From Podarcis vaucheri (Eukaryota): a stretch of 64,000 bases of DNA. The notes under the pieces are model-generated. The model saw only the letters and a list, made by a program, of their open reading frames with translations. It was not told the origin of the DNA and did no database searches. The stretch lies in assembly GCA_965113315.1 (NCBI GenBank), contig OZ220365.1; one strand, 5' to 3'. Positions 26,366 through 39,039 of this stretch are shown here, one piece after another (the stretch's first letter is position 1; each line of letters starts with the position of its first letter). The position numbers and the translations under genes are program-made.

Positions 26366-27037
26366 CCGTATTTACTTGATTCTAATGCTCACCTTTTTTG
26401 GCCAAATTACATTGTGAAAATTAAGGTGTGCATTAGATTTGATGGCACATTTACATTCACCAGCAAATACTTCTTTTGGTTTCAAGGTTCTGAAAACTGA
26501 GGAGTGCATTAGATTCGATGGCGCATTAGATTCAAGTACCGTATTTTTCACCCCATAGGACGCACCGGCCCATAGGACGCACCAAGTTTTTTTGGGGGGA
26601 AATAAAGGGGAAAAAATTATTTCCCCCCCAGGCGCTTGTGGGGCAGGCAGCGGGGAGAAGCGCTCTTCTCCCCGCCGCCCGCCTGGAGATCAGGTCCGGG
26701 GACAGCAGGGAGATGCGCTGCGTCTCCCTGCTGTCCCCGGAGTGGTGGGGCAGGCAGCGGGGAGAAGCGCCCTTCTCCCCGCCGTCAGCCTCCAAACCAC
26801 TTCGGGAGACAGCGGGATGGCGGCGTTCCGCCTCCCTCTGTCCCCCGACCTTGTGGGGCTGGCGCTGGGGCTCTCCTGAAGCCTGGAGAGCGAGAGGGGT
26901 CAGTGCGCACCGACCCCTCTCGCTCTCCAGGCTTCAGTGAAAGCCTGCATTGGCCCCATAGGACGCACCCACATTTCCCCTTCATTTTTGGAGCGGAAAA
27001 AGTGCGTCCTATAGGGTGAAAAATATGGTAAATATGG
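26366..27037. mobile_element. Tc1/mariner (Tc2, MER104/Kanga-like) MITE, outer element
   Basis: TA then CCGTATTTACTTGATTCTAATGC; right TIR GCATTAGATTCAAG-TA-AATATGG is split by the inner element. Confidence 0.8.
26539..27028. mobile_element. Tc1/mariner (Tc2-like) MITE, inner nested element (490 bp)
   Basis: TIR CCGTATTTTTCACCCCATAGGACGCAC / GTGCGTCCTATAGGGTGAAAAATATGG; TA TSD at 26537-38 and 27029-30; GC-rich internal repeats. Confidence 0.9.
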
Positions 27038-27655
27038 CATGTGCTGCTGTAGTCAATCTGCCCCATCTCTGAAGGCTTGGAGGCAATCCATACATAGCTG
27101 AGTGGTGGTGGTATCTAGTGGTGTCTGTTTGCTAGTGGAAGTGCATCAACTAGCACAAGAAGAGGGAGCTGTTTTTCACCAGTCCCCTATAGCAATTGCA
27201 GCCCCCTGTGTCATATCTCATACTGTTCAAGAGGGTCTCCCAACCCTCAGGAGACACTTTTGGAGCAGCATTTGGCTGGGGGGGGGGAGCGGGCTAGGTT
27301 GGGTAGACCTGATTAGTGAAAAACTGGTACCCTGCTTTGCTCAAGTGAAAGCGGTTCAGCTTGTAACAAAACCACCCACTTAAAAAAGAAATCAACATAA
27401 GAGCTAATGTGTTGAGCAGGGGTATCAGCAGCTATATTTGGGCAACTTTGTGTATAAGTCTTAGATAAATAATAACTTAAGCAGAATATATTTAAATTGT
27501 TCTAACTACTGTGGAATGTCTTACTCTTCTTTGCTTACCAGTTGTCAATACTGAAAATATATAGTTATGCCATTTTACAGCAGGGATTTTATAAACTGGA
27601 TGAGAAGCTTTCCTAGTGAGCAGGGGAAAGCAACAATTTCTTTCTTTGTTAATAG

Positions 27656-27759
27656 GTGCCAGTCCCCTTTACTTCATGATCACCAGGGTTCAGGTCCACT
27701 GGAGAGTGAAGGAGGCAGAGAACATGAAGAATCTTTGGAAGCGACCAGGCATCCCAATG
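27656..27759 (+). CDS. SIPA1L2: SIPA1L2 exon (104 nt)
   Basis: aatag|G TGC...AAT G|gtaatt; CQSPLLHDHQGSGPLESEGGREHEESLEATRHPN. Confidence 0.9.
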
Positions 27760-29020
27760 GTAATTATTATTCTGTTTCAGTTTAATTACAGCTTTGCTGG
27801 TTTGTTTTCCACTTGTATAATGTTTTGCATTATAAACTATCTTAAACTATCACTGGCATATACTGATGGTAACAAATGCAAAACCTTTGGAAATCTTTCC
27901 TAGCCATTTTATGTAAAAGTTAAACAACATGGTTGAGAATATCAGCCCTATGACACAATTATATCCCAAAGATTATTCCCACTGGCACATTCTGAAATCT
28001 GGCCAAGAAGGACATTTTCTCCAAGTCTCATCCCAGCTCAGTGATCTAGAAGGATGCCATGGTTGATAGTATTGGAAGCTAGCGAGAGGTCAAGAACCAG
28101 CACTCTCCTTGCCCAGCTCCTGGTATAAATCCTCCACCAGGCCAATCAAGGCTATCTCTGTTCCAAAACCTGATTCCACCCATATGCATATTTGTGTGTA
28201 AACCTACAGAGGATTTTTCTTCATGTGAGAGTGTGATTGCTGAAAATACAGATTCACTCATGCTAAATCTCAAGATTTATAGTTATCAGGTACCTTTTTT
28301 GTCCTTATGTGAAACTTACAAGAATTAGTGCTGTGGTATGATTGGGAGCTTTTGCTGCAGCTAAATGTGCATATGGTTCCACAAGGTTGTTTTTTCTAAT
28401 ACAGTTCTGCTACTTCCTTTCTCTCTTTTTATATTCCCATTTCCCTGTTTCTGTCTTCCTCATATAATTGCAAACATCCTTGCACACACCATTTTCTATC
28501 ATATTTTCACACAGTCTTGTGCACCTGCGCTTAGTACTCTCTTGAATAAAGACTAGAATCAGCTGCATATGTATCTCATCACATTTGTTGTTTGCAGAGA
28601 GTTTAAAGATTTTTTTTATCCACATACAAGCTAAATTACTTTTTCCTCAAAGCTACTGGGCTGACTCCTTTTAAAATGATACTGTTTATCTCCCTCTGTT
28701 TTTTGATCATCAGAACATTAAGAGGATGTGTGTATTGATTTTGCATTGTGCTTGCATTTCCATGTTTTGTAGAAATAACACAGCAAAAGGACATGTACAA
28801 ACAGGCCCTTTTTATTCAGGACTCTCATTTAGTAAGCTGTATAGACATCAGTTTAATTATCTTTTAAGATGATGGGCAAGAGTAAACTCTCTGCTCTAGG
28901 AAATTTCAAAGAACATCACTGTTTCAACCTGATGCATATAGCATTAAGTTGTGAGCTTCTTTTCATTGTACAATATGTTTTGTGTGTTTAGAAATTAAAA
29001 CACATAATTATTTATGGCAG

Positions 29021-29124
29021 AAACCAAGTGGCATGCACCATCAACCAAAGTCTTGAGTTCCTATAAAGACCGCGCTTTACAGAAAGAGAACAGTGGCAAG
29101 GATTCACCAAACAAATTTTCTCAT
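29021..29124 (+). CDS. SIPA1L2: SIPA1L2 exon (104 nt)
   Basis: ggcag|AA...CAT|gtaagt; (E)TKWHAPSTKVLSSYKDRALQKENSGKDSPNKFSH; phase fits both neighbours. Confidence 0.9.
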
Positions 29125-31193
29125 GTAAGTCTTTTTTCTTAGGCTTTCCCAAATTAGGAATCTTTCCAAATATGTGGGCACAGTCTCTGTTGCAAAAGTT
29201 GGGAGAGCTGTGCAAATAGCTGGTTGCATTTGAGCCACCAACTTGATTGAAAGTGTATGTTTTGTCCCTGCTTTCCCATATAGAAATGGGAAGTACAAAT
29301 TACAGATGGTAAACTATCCTGCAAGATGAATGAGCTATTGGGGTTAATATATTTATTTCTGTATCTTGCTATGTCCTACAGTTCTGTTTGGCATTGTTTT
29401 GTGTCCTATCATTTTAATGGAATAACTGAAAAACTGTAAAATTGAATGGAAAAGAGGCCATCCAGTTGTATCTGCCAGTGTTACAATCTCAGTTGTGGAA
29501 TAAATTGCCAGAGTCTTGAATTTTTTTCTAAAGTGTGTGCACAACTAATAAACATCACTGATGCAGAAGTAGTTTCAAGTATTCTTTCTGGCAGTGACCT
29601 CAAACAATCTCATTATAAAGGGCATGTGCAGGTTTCTAGGGCACTGCATGGATTAAAGCTTCATGTAAGCATCACTCTGGTGTCTGATTAGAACGTAATT
29701 TACATTGACTTGCATAGTCCTGAATACATTTCCTATTGTATTCAAGTGACATTCATACATTGCCATTTCTTGTCATATTGTGAGGGATAAGCATCTGTTT
29801 TAATTACCAGCAATTGCACTTCTTTTATTTAGGGGAAATTTCACATTTAAAGAATGCATCTAATAAGAATATATTGTTATGCTTGTTCCTGTTAATTTGT
29901 GTGGTGGTGGTGATGACCTGATGTTAAGAAACAATTATTTCCAGCTGAATTAAATAATGTGAGAACTGAAGTGTGAGATTTGGAAAATAGAGCCTGTTTG
30001 TGCACAAATATCACTTTTGTGGTAAATTAAATGACAAGGGAACTATGCCAAGCCAAATTCTTCGCTTTCCTCTAGTTCATATGCATAAGCAGTCCCTCCC
30101 CCGTGTTGCAGCTAGCAAATGTTCATCGCCTTTTTGTCAGTAAAACAAAAGAGCAATCATCAAATCTACTATTTCAGCAGATTTGATTCCCACACTCTGT
30201 CCGGACAAAACCAGTGCTGGTCACAGCACATCTTCATGACTGAAGGATGATTGTAGGATTGAAACAGCACTGGTTAGCTAAGCCACCTGAGGGAGCAACA
30301 TTGGCACAAGGTTATCCTGTGTCTTATCCTATGTTTCTGCATACATACACATTTAGGTGGATATGTGCTGGCTATTTTTTAATATGACACAGGCATTTTA
30401 AATCCCTTTCCCTTTCCTCACTTACACCCTTTTAAACATTGACTTTCCTCAATACAAGAGGAACTGATATTGTTGACTTTATCTGTATTTCTTGATTTTG
30501 AATCTTGCATATTTTGCTTGTTATGGCGAAGTGGGGAAGAGAAGGTGAGAACAGTTTGGGTTTCGCTGTCCTTTGCTTGCCCAGCATCAGGAGGGGCAAA
30601 TGCAGAGGCTGATGCCGGTCTTTTTCTTAAAATAGTTCATCTTGTGTTCAATTACTTGCAAACATGTTGAGGTTCTCTTATAACAAAATGGACATTTGCT
30701 GATGTAATAAGACGTGTTAGGGATTTAATTTAAAACTATGTTATAACATTTATTCTGAACTGAACACAATTCACTCTGCACAGTGGAATCTTCTATACAA
30801 TGGGCAAATTATTTCCCATCCTGTTTTTACTTTAGTTTGTTAAATTTGTTCTTTGCTTCCCGTAGCCAGAGTCCTGAAGCAGCTTACAAATGATAAAAAA
30901 ATAATACAAGTGATAATGGCATATCCATTAAATCATGCAATAAGCAAAAAGTGTTAATTCAAAAAGTCACTCAAAAAAATCCACCACCACCAAGATGCAT
31001 TTGAGCATGTGTTAATCAAAATACTAATTATTTTATCCATATTACAAGTTTATGCTGTTAGCATTATTCATTATATCTGCTTCATTTTTATTTGGCACTT
31101 CCAACAAGTAGTGAGGCAGCTGCTTGCTTCTTTGATTGATGAAACTGTGAATAAGAGAAAGTAAAACTGTATTGTAAAATGTTTCTTTTTAAG

Positions 31194-31579
31194 ATTGGAG
31201 ACAAAAACTGTTCCAGCCATTCCAGCAGTAATACCCTGTCAAGTAATACATCCAGCAACAGTGATGATAAGCACTTTGGCTCCGAAGACCTAATGGACAC
31301 TGACTTGCTTGGATTAACATACATTAAAGGTGCTTCTACTGACAGTGGGATTGATACAGCTCCTTGTATGCCTGCTCCAATTTTGGCTCCTTTGCACCTG
31401 GCTGGAAGCCGGTCAGGGATACATAACCGGACTGATCAGTGGGCTGAATCATCTGAAACTCCTGGACCAGATGATGAGACTAAAATGTATGCTGTTCACA
31501 GCTATGCTTCTGCCATTTCTAGCAGTCATACAGGTGATGGTAGCATGGGAGACCTCAGTGAAATATCTTCACATTCCAG
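31194..31579 (+). CDS. SIPA1L2: SIPA1L2 exon (386 nt), Ser-rich region with DSGIDT motif
   Basis: tttaag|ATT...AG|gtaagc; IGDKNCSSHSSSNTLSSNTSSNSDDKHFGS...IKGASTDSGIDTAP...GDLSEISSHS. Confidence 0.96.
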
Positions 31580-33154
31580 GTAAGCAATCCCCCAACCAAA
31601 GATTCCAGCTCCACAATTCTGTGATGGATAGTTCTGAGTTAAAGCGTAGATTTACCCCTTTTTTCTTTTCTTTTTTTGCTATTAACATTACATTTTACAT
31701 GAGTGCTTTTATAAAACCTCATTTCAACAATGTTACATTTCAGAACAGAGGAGGAAAGACTAAAATGGCACTTTCCTTACGAAATGCCTTCATGTGCTTG
31801 ACAGTAAAACTATAAAAGGAGAAGAATATGCAATATTGTGTAGAGCTGTATATTCCATGCAATTTCATAATAGCATGTGACCTGTTTTCTTTGCTGTATG
31901 CCAAGTCTTTGCTTGTTCAACAACATAATTTAGATAACATGATTTTATATGTGGACACTGTTGATAGTCTTCCCATGTGGCAGAAGATTGAACTAGATAT
32001 CCCCCTACCACTAATGTTTCAATTATGAAAGCTGTAAATTACATTACACTTTTTAAATCTGCAAAACCCTTTGGATTATCCCAGCATATATAGCCTATTG
32101 CAATCTTGGGGGGGGGGGTGCACATGAACCCCTCTATGCATTGAAAGAGAGCTTGGGTGAGTGCATGGCTGTGTGGTCTAACTCCACCCACTGCCGCCAC
32201 AGATGTACTTATGTAGACCTTCTGACATCATTTGAATGTGCTGGCATCAGGGGAGTGTGACAGTGTTGGACAAGGCTAGCCTGCATGAAAGTGACAGTAA
32301 GTTGGACCAAGCCCTGTAGCCCTACCACATGCTCTTTCAGTTCATGGAGTGCTCCATGACTTTTGCATAAAATGTTGACACTGAAAAGAATGTGACACTC
32401 AAATGTGTGTACATATTTTACCTTTGTTTTGTGAACAAGTGGGGCTGGTTTAGGATGGTAGTGATTTGCAGGGCAGTCCCTAGCAATACTGAGTAAAAGC
32501 ATATGTCCTTTGAGTGGAACAGAACAAGACTTCCTAAAAAGTGTGTTGGGATTTCCACATTTAGAGTTTTTAAGGGTTTAAGAACTTAACCAGCGGAAAT
32601 TGTTCCTATTTTTTACTTTTCTGAAATACAAAACATTTGCAAACAAACCAACTCGGCACTTGAAATCCTGTCACTTCAAGTTCTGTACTAAATGTCTTTG
32701 TACATCTGGTCTCTGTAGTTTCAGTTTCAACTTAACTAAGCTGTAGAAGATGGCAGTGAAGTAAGAACATAAAAACTTTCAGCTAAATAGAATAAAACCC
32801 ACAGAAATATAGGAATTCCATGTGTGTGTTCATCTTTCTTGCTGAAATGTCAGTTTAAACTATGATGTTTGAAAGGCCTTTTACAGCAATGTTTGGGTAT
32901 ATTTTTGAATAGTTTATCTGATACTGGTGTGTTTTAAGCATTGAGTTAAATTGAAGAAAGGTGGGACATATGTAGTAATGCTTTATAATCTATAACAAAA
33001 TGTACTTTAAAATTGATTGGGCACAGTCTAGCCAAAGAATAACACTGTCAAACACAGTGGTCATTATCTGAGGCCATTCTCTGGATTCCATGCCTCTTGA
33101 AATAAATCATATAGCTGATCCAGGAAGTAGGGCTTTTGGTTGTAGCAACCTATG

Positions 33155-33415
33155 TGTTATGTACTGAAGTTCTCACCCTGCAGCAGGGGGATACTGTAGA
33201 TAGTTTTCACTCAGGTCCACATATGCAAATAAGGGATTGAAAGTGACGTTCAGTGATTGAATAGTTACAGAAAAGTGTTACAGTTGCGTTGTAGTGGAGC
33301 TCTATATAAGCAGGCTGACTGAACCCTTCAGTTCAGTTCTGTTCTGGCCTGTGAATAAACAAGAGCTGTTTGAAGAATCGTCGTGCCATCTGATATGTTC
33401 ACCCACAACTTAACA
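33155..33415 (+). mobile_element. Solo LTR (261 bp)
   Basis: TGTTA...TAACA termini; 5-bp TSD CTATG at 33150-54 and 33416-20; TATATAA at 33303 followed by AATAAA at 33354 in U3-R-U5 order. Confidence 0.88.
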
Positions 33416-33910
33416 CTATGTTATATCCTCCCCATGGAAGGTCATCTGGTGCCATCCTTGATATCCTTTTGGTAGTAGGAGAATTATTTTTTATTTACCT
33501 AGGTATTCCAGCATGTACTGGTCTTAATAGTGGCTTCATCCATTTTGCTGGATTTTATTGTTGTTGTGTTTTTCTCTACACTTTTCTTGTTTTAAGTTAT
33601 ATTTCTAATCCATTTATTTTTAATGGATACTGCCTTGAGTATTGTACAGCATACATTTTCAAAATAAATTTCCTATCAGCTGTAATGGGGAAATTATGAA
33701 TTTCTATAAATACATCCAGTGAAGCCAGGATGACTTTAAAGTATTTAATTTTAATTGGACAAAGAAAGCAAATAACATTAAATATGACTGACTTTTGTCC
33801 TTTTGAGAAGACTTTAGATTTAAAAAAATGTATGTGACATATTTTCCTGTCACATATTTCCTCATATACTTCACTGTGTATTTTGTTTTCTGTGTTTTCC
33901 TCTCTTCTAG

Positions 33911-34135
33911 TGGGTCACATCATTCAGGAAGTCCTTCCACACATGGCCCTAAAAGCAGTGGATCATTAGATACGTCCAAAGTGTACATAGTGTCACAAAA
34001 TTGCAGTCAACAGATCTCCGGCTCCATAGCAAAATGCTACCCTCGACAAGGAGCTATAAGCAAATATGTCATTGGCTGGAAAAAGTCAGAAGGTAGCCCT
34101 ACACCTGAGGAGTCTGAAGCTTCGGAATGCCAAGA
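33911..34135 (+). CDS. SIPA1L2: SIPA1L2 exon (225 nt)
   Basis: ttctag|T GGG...GA|gtaagg; GSHHSGSPSTHGPKSSGSLDTSKVYIVS...KYVIGWKKSEGSPTPEESEASECQ. Confidence 0.95.
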
Positions 34136-34736
34136 GTAAGGGAGAGTTTGTTTTCTTGGGGAAGAAAAGTCTGTGTGGAGGAGGAGAGCCTAAATCATGA
34201 AAGGAAATGCAGGGTAGATGATGTATAATCCCAGACTAGGAAGAAGCAGGGAAAGGCCAGACAAAGTTAGCTGCTTTCTATCAATATGGCATGAAATCAA
34301 AATTCTAAATCACTATGTAGAAGGAAAGTGTACAGTTGAATATTTCAGTTTGTTTTATACATTTTTATGTGCTGTTGATTTCTTATCCAAAACAGCTTTG
34401 CAAAATTTCTGCTAATAACAAAACATGCTCTAATAATATAATTACATAAATGTATAAGGAATGTCATGCTTTATTACTAGTAACCTAATCTGTACTCAAC
34501 ATGAATGTGTGCTTTGTTATTTTTTTATTTAATAATAATCCAGGAACAAAAAGGAATTGGGTTGTGTGTTTTCTCCTCCATGTTGGAACCCAACTTTAAA
34601 AAAAAACAAAAAACTTTCTTGGAACTTTTAATGAATGATGTTACTGTGGTTTTAGTGTCAGTTTTGATCATCATTTTAGAGAGTTAACAACTTTGCAACA
34701 TTCCCTCTAATTGTAAAGAACAAATTGTTTCTACAG

Positions 34737-34887
34737 AATGTATAGTGATGTTGAGGGCCTATCATCAAGTCAGCTTCAGGCCTCTATAAGGAATACAGTT
34801 TCTGAAAGTCAGCGAGTCTTATCAAAAGAAGAGTTTCTGAAGTTGATGATGCCAGACAACATCTCTGTGGAGGAAGGCAGAAGAAAG
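34737..34887 (+). CDS. SIPA1L2: SIPA1L2 exon (151 nt)
   Basis: ctacag|A ATG...AAG|gttagc; MYSDVEGLSSSQLQASIRNTVSESQRVLSKEEFLKLMMPDNISVEEGRRK. Confidence 0.93.
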
Positions 34888-35100
34888 GTTAGCTGCTGTT
34901 TTTTCTTTGTCTCTGTGTAACCGTTAGAGGCAGTTATGGTGGTGGGAGCACTGCTTGATATATAGATAAGTTCTAAAAAGAGCTGTAAATGAGAGAGAGT
35001 ATAGAGCTTGTAATACTAATACTAATAATAAGCATGAAGCCTGGTATGGTTATAGTCAGGAGGTTTGGTATATTTAACCTGAAAGCTCTTCACTTTAAGG

Positions 35101-35236
35101 CAGGGGTGGCTGCCCTGAGACTCCAAATTTTGTTGGTCTCCAACACCCATGAGCTCCAGCCAGCATGGCCAATGGTTAGGGATGATGGGAGTTGTAGTCA
35201 AGGAACGTTTCAAGGTCCACAGGTTAGCCACCCCTG
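35101..35236. mobile_element. Short hAT-like MITE
   Basis: TIR CAGGGGTGGCT / AGCCACCCCTG; imperfect 8-bp TSD ctttaagg / cttttaag. Confidence 0.75.
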
Positions 35237-36504
35237 CTTTTAAGTTGCTATGTATAGATTCTCATTTGGGATGGAATTTTCTGAAAATACTGGTGTTGAA
35301 CTTCCACATTTGGACTATGGTTAAATCTGATGGATGAGCTAGGATGCTGTAACTTGAACATTTTAAACACATTCTTTGAAGTGTATTTTAAGTATAGAGG
35401 ATTGGACTGGCATTTCTGGAGAGGTTTGAGAGTTATCCAGAAAATAAGCTTAGAGGCTATCATGAAATAACTGTCTGGTTGGTTGGTTGTAAGCTGCTTT
35501 GGGTTGCCCTGGGAAAGGTAAAGCAACTAACAAATTCTTTTAGATATAACTTTAGTGACAGTATATAAACCTGAGGGGGAAGGTGAGGGAAGTCAGACTG
35601 AACCACATGGGAACCATTTCCAATAATGGGTTTAAGAGAACTTGGTTGATGTCCTAAAGCAGAGGTAGGGAACCTCCAGCCTGTGAAGCCATTTTACCCA
35701 AAACATACCCTTCTACCTATTAGCTTTCGTCACTCGTGGCATCGTCTGCTGAACAGGAGGGTGGGCTTGAATTTTGCTCAGTTTGGCTGTATGCTTCCAT
35801 TCCAAGAATTTCCTAGCTTTGGGATTTCACCTGCCATGATTCTGCTCTCAGGTGTTTGGTTCCACTCACCTGTCAAACAAAGGCAGCAAGGGGGGGGGGC
35901 AGAACATAACAGTCTGGCCCTTGGAGCTAGAAAGCTTCCCCAGCCCTGGCATAAAGGAAAGGGGAATCAGTGAAAATTGCCACCTCCTTCCATCAGAGGG
36001 ACCCTGGAAGGATCAAGGGACTTTCTGTAAATGAGAAGTAGAAGATAATTGGTTTAATCCAAGTTATATTTTGGAGTCTATATGTAGCTAATGACTTGGA
36101 TTACGGTAGATATTAGAACAGTCTTTAAATCAAGACTACACATTAACAGTTTTAGAAGGATTTCAAAGAATTCTTGCAACTATTACCTTCAGAGAGCTAG
36201 AGGTTTCATTTATTACTCTGGAGTTAATACAACATTTCAGTAAGTAATAATTCATTATGATGAATGCTTGTATGTCAGAAGAAAATCTAATAATCCAGTA
36301 ATTTTGCTAAAATGCCAGATAACCCACAATGATTGATGTTAGTGTACTATAGAGGGTAAGACTTATCAACAGAATGAACTATTAGAGCAATCATTAGACA
36401 CCACCTCACCAATTAAACCGTATATAAATGAATAAATTAATAACAGTGATGATGATAATGATGATGGAACATATTTTCTAATTTATATTTTTGAAAAAAC
36501 ATAG

Positions 36505-36724
36505 TTTTCATTTTACGGGAACCTATCTCCAAGGAAGACGCTTTACCGCACTCTTTCTGATGAGAGCATATGTAGCAATCGGAGAGGATCTTCATATGCT
36601 AGCTCGCGGAGCTCAATGCTAGACCAAGCTTTGCCAAATGATATTTTGTTCAGTACTACACCACCATATCACAGCACATTACCTCCTAGAACAAGCTTAA
36701 CCACTGGTACTGGACACCTACGAC
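36505..36724 (+). CDS. SIPA1L2: SIPA1L2 exon (220 nt), SPAR_C region
   Basis: catag|TTT...C|gtaagt; [62 protein letters not shown]... Confidence 0.95.
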
Positions 36725-38554
36725 GTAAGTGTGTGTTAAACACTGTCTCATTTGATACTGTGCAATTGAAGGTAGATCTTCTAAACAGAATGTAGGAACC
36801 AAATTGAACCATTAGTTCCTCTATTTCAGTACTGACCAGGAGCAGTTCAGAGTTGTTCACCTGGGATCAGCTCTCTGGGTTTCTTTCACAGCCCTACCTG
36901 AAGATGGCAGAGCTTGAACTTCGGGCATTGTGTATGAACACAAGTCCAATGCTAGTTGACAAAATCCCTCTGGGAAGGGGCCTCAGCTACAAAAGGTGGC
37001 AAGAGTGGTCAGATGGTTTCATTCAGACTGTTTTCACATTTTTGCTTAGATTCTTCTTTCTGCTCCTCTATTCAGTCTGTAATCTTTATTCTTAATTCTG
37101 TTATCTGCGAGGTAATTACAATGTATTGTGCTTTTTGCTAATCAAATCATGTAATAGGGGAGCGTGGAATACGGCTTGAAAAAGATACTATGAATCTTAA
37201 TAATGTCTAACAGTAACTGAGATTCCTATCATAAACAAGACTTAAATCCCAGGTTTGAATCTAGTTTGCAACCAAAGTTTAAGAGGCTAATTAGTCTTAA
37301 GAAATAAATTATGCTGGTTCAGACATAACCCATAACCGTGGTTAGTTCAATCAAGGGTAGGGGAAGGAGCACACGCAGTACCTGGTCCAGGCTGAGATCA
37401 CTGCCATCAGCACCAGGGAAGTTTATCTCCACAGGGAGGACAGCAGTAAAACAAAAATCTACATCTCCCAACACCAGAATGGCAAGTCTTCCATTCAGAA
37501 GACCTTGCAGCACCCAGAGTGGGGCAACAAACTTTGGCTCTCTTACATCTCCTGGAAGTGGGGCAGCTTCTCACACAAAACCCAAGGAACTCGAGCAGCA
37601 AGTAATGCCCACCCAAATAATACCCACCCAATCTTTTACCATTGTTAGAGATCAGGACCAGTAAACAGATGAGTTTGGGTCAGAGATGCCAACTTAAATA
37701 AAATATTGAGGGGGGGAGCAAGTAAGCCCTGCCCCACATAATTGATCACAAGACATACACGCTGTTTTAATGGCAATGCCCATCAACTTTGGGGGCCTTT
37801 GGCCCCCTCAAATATTTTATTGGAGCTGAAGAGATCTTGGCCCCTAGGAGTTGGCTCCTATGGTTAGGGTCGGTTCATCAAAGCTGGGATTGCTATTTGG
37901 AGGGATGGAAGCTAGAAGTAAGGTTTTCCAAACAAGATTTCGGAACTATCAGCATAAACTAAAATATTGTCTCATTCATATCCAACTGATCACTAGGAAG
38001 CTTGTCCAGTCTTAGGTAAGGATCAGGCTGCTGCCACTTAGCTGTTCAAACTCCTTCCCATTACATATCAAACAAGTTCCATCTGTGTTGTAGTTTTGGT
38101 GCCTATTGAAAGCCTTCCTTTTTCAAGAAGCCTTTTAAGAGTGGCAATTTTTGTCCCAGTCGATATCTGTGTTGGATTTGAAATTGTTTTTGTATGTTTT
38201 AATTGATCACTTTAAAATACACAGTGAGAAGTGATTCATAAACAAAAAACATTTATTTTAGAGTGGTAACCATTAGCTAAATACACTTTGTAGCATATCG
38301 ATGGCCTGATACTGTGTGTACATATTTTCTGGTTTTGGAACAGTCATAGCCCTGCTTTCAGGTCAGACACTCCCAAAGTGTTCACATTGTATTAAAAGCA
38401 TAACATCTATGATGACCTAATTAAAAACTATAAAATGCTATGGCATATACACAGTCCATAAAAAATAAAACATTTTAAATATTGTAATTATTCATTTTCT
38501 AACCTGTTGAAACATTGTCCTGAAGATAGCTTCTGATTCTGCTTCTTAATTTAG

Positions 38555-38686
38555 ATGAGTTTTGGTTCTCAGACGGGTCTTTATCTGACAAATCAAGATT
38601 CAATGATCCTGGGTTGATGCCCCTTCCAGATACAGCGACAGGATTAGACTGGTCTCACCTTGTAGATGCTGCACAAGCATTTGAAG
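38555..38686 (+). CDS. SIPA1L2: SIPA1L2 exon (132 nt), SPAR_C region
   Basis: tttag|AT...G|gtactg; [43 protein letters not shown]. Confidence 0.96.
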
Positions 38687-39039
38687 GTACTGTAAGAATT
38701 TCTGCAACTGCTGCATGTGTAGTTAGTAGAAATTAAAGTCCAATGCTTGTTGTAACATGATTCATTACCCCTAGTTATTGGCAGTCCTGCACATGCACCC
38801 TTGACTTACCTGTTTTTTTGCCATTCAGTGATCAGTCACTTCCAGTTGATAGATAAGCCCCAAGAACTTTGTTGGTGGACCATCAGGTCATTTTGCACTA
38901 TAGGCTAAGAACAAAGGTGGCATAAGGAGAGCCAGAAAGAGAACAGCATAGGCTGACATCCTGAATTACTGAGTTTTCTTAGGGCAGTTTTTTTCTACAC
39001 ATAGCCACTAGTTCATATTATAAGTATCTTAAGAATCAG

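Noticed and set aside
26532-27066. Overlapping ORFs with the same peptide on both strands
   Set aside because: Explained by the palindrome and repeats in the nested MITE.
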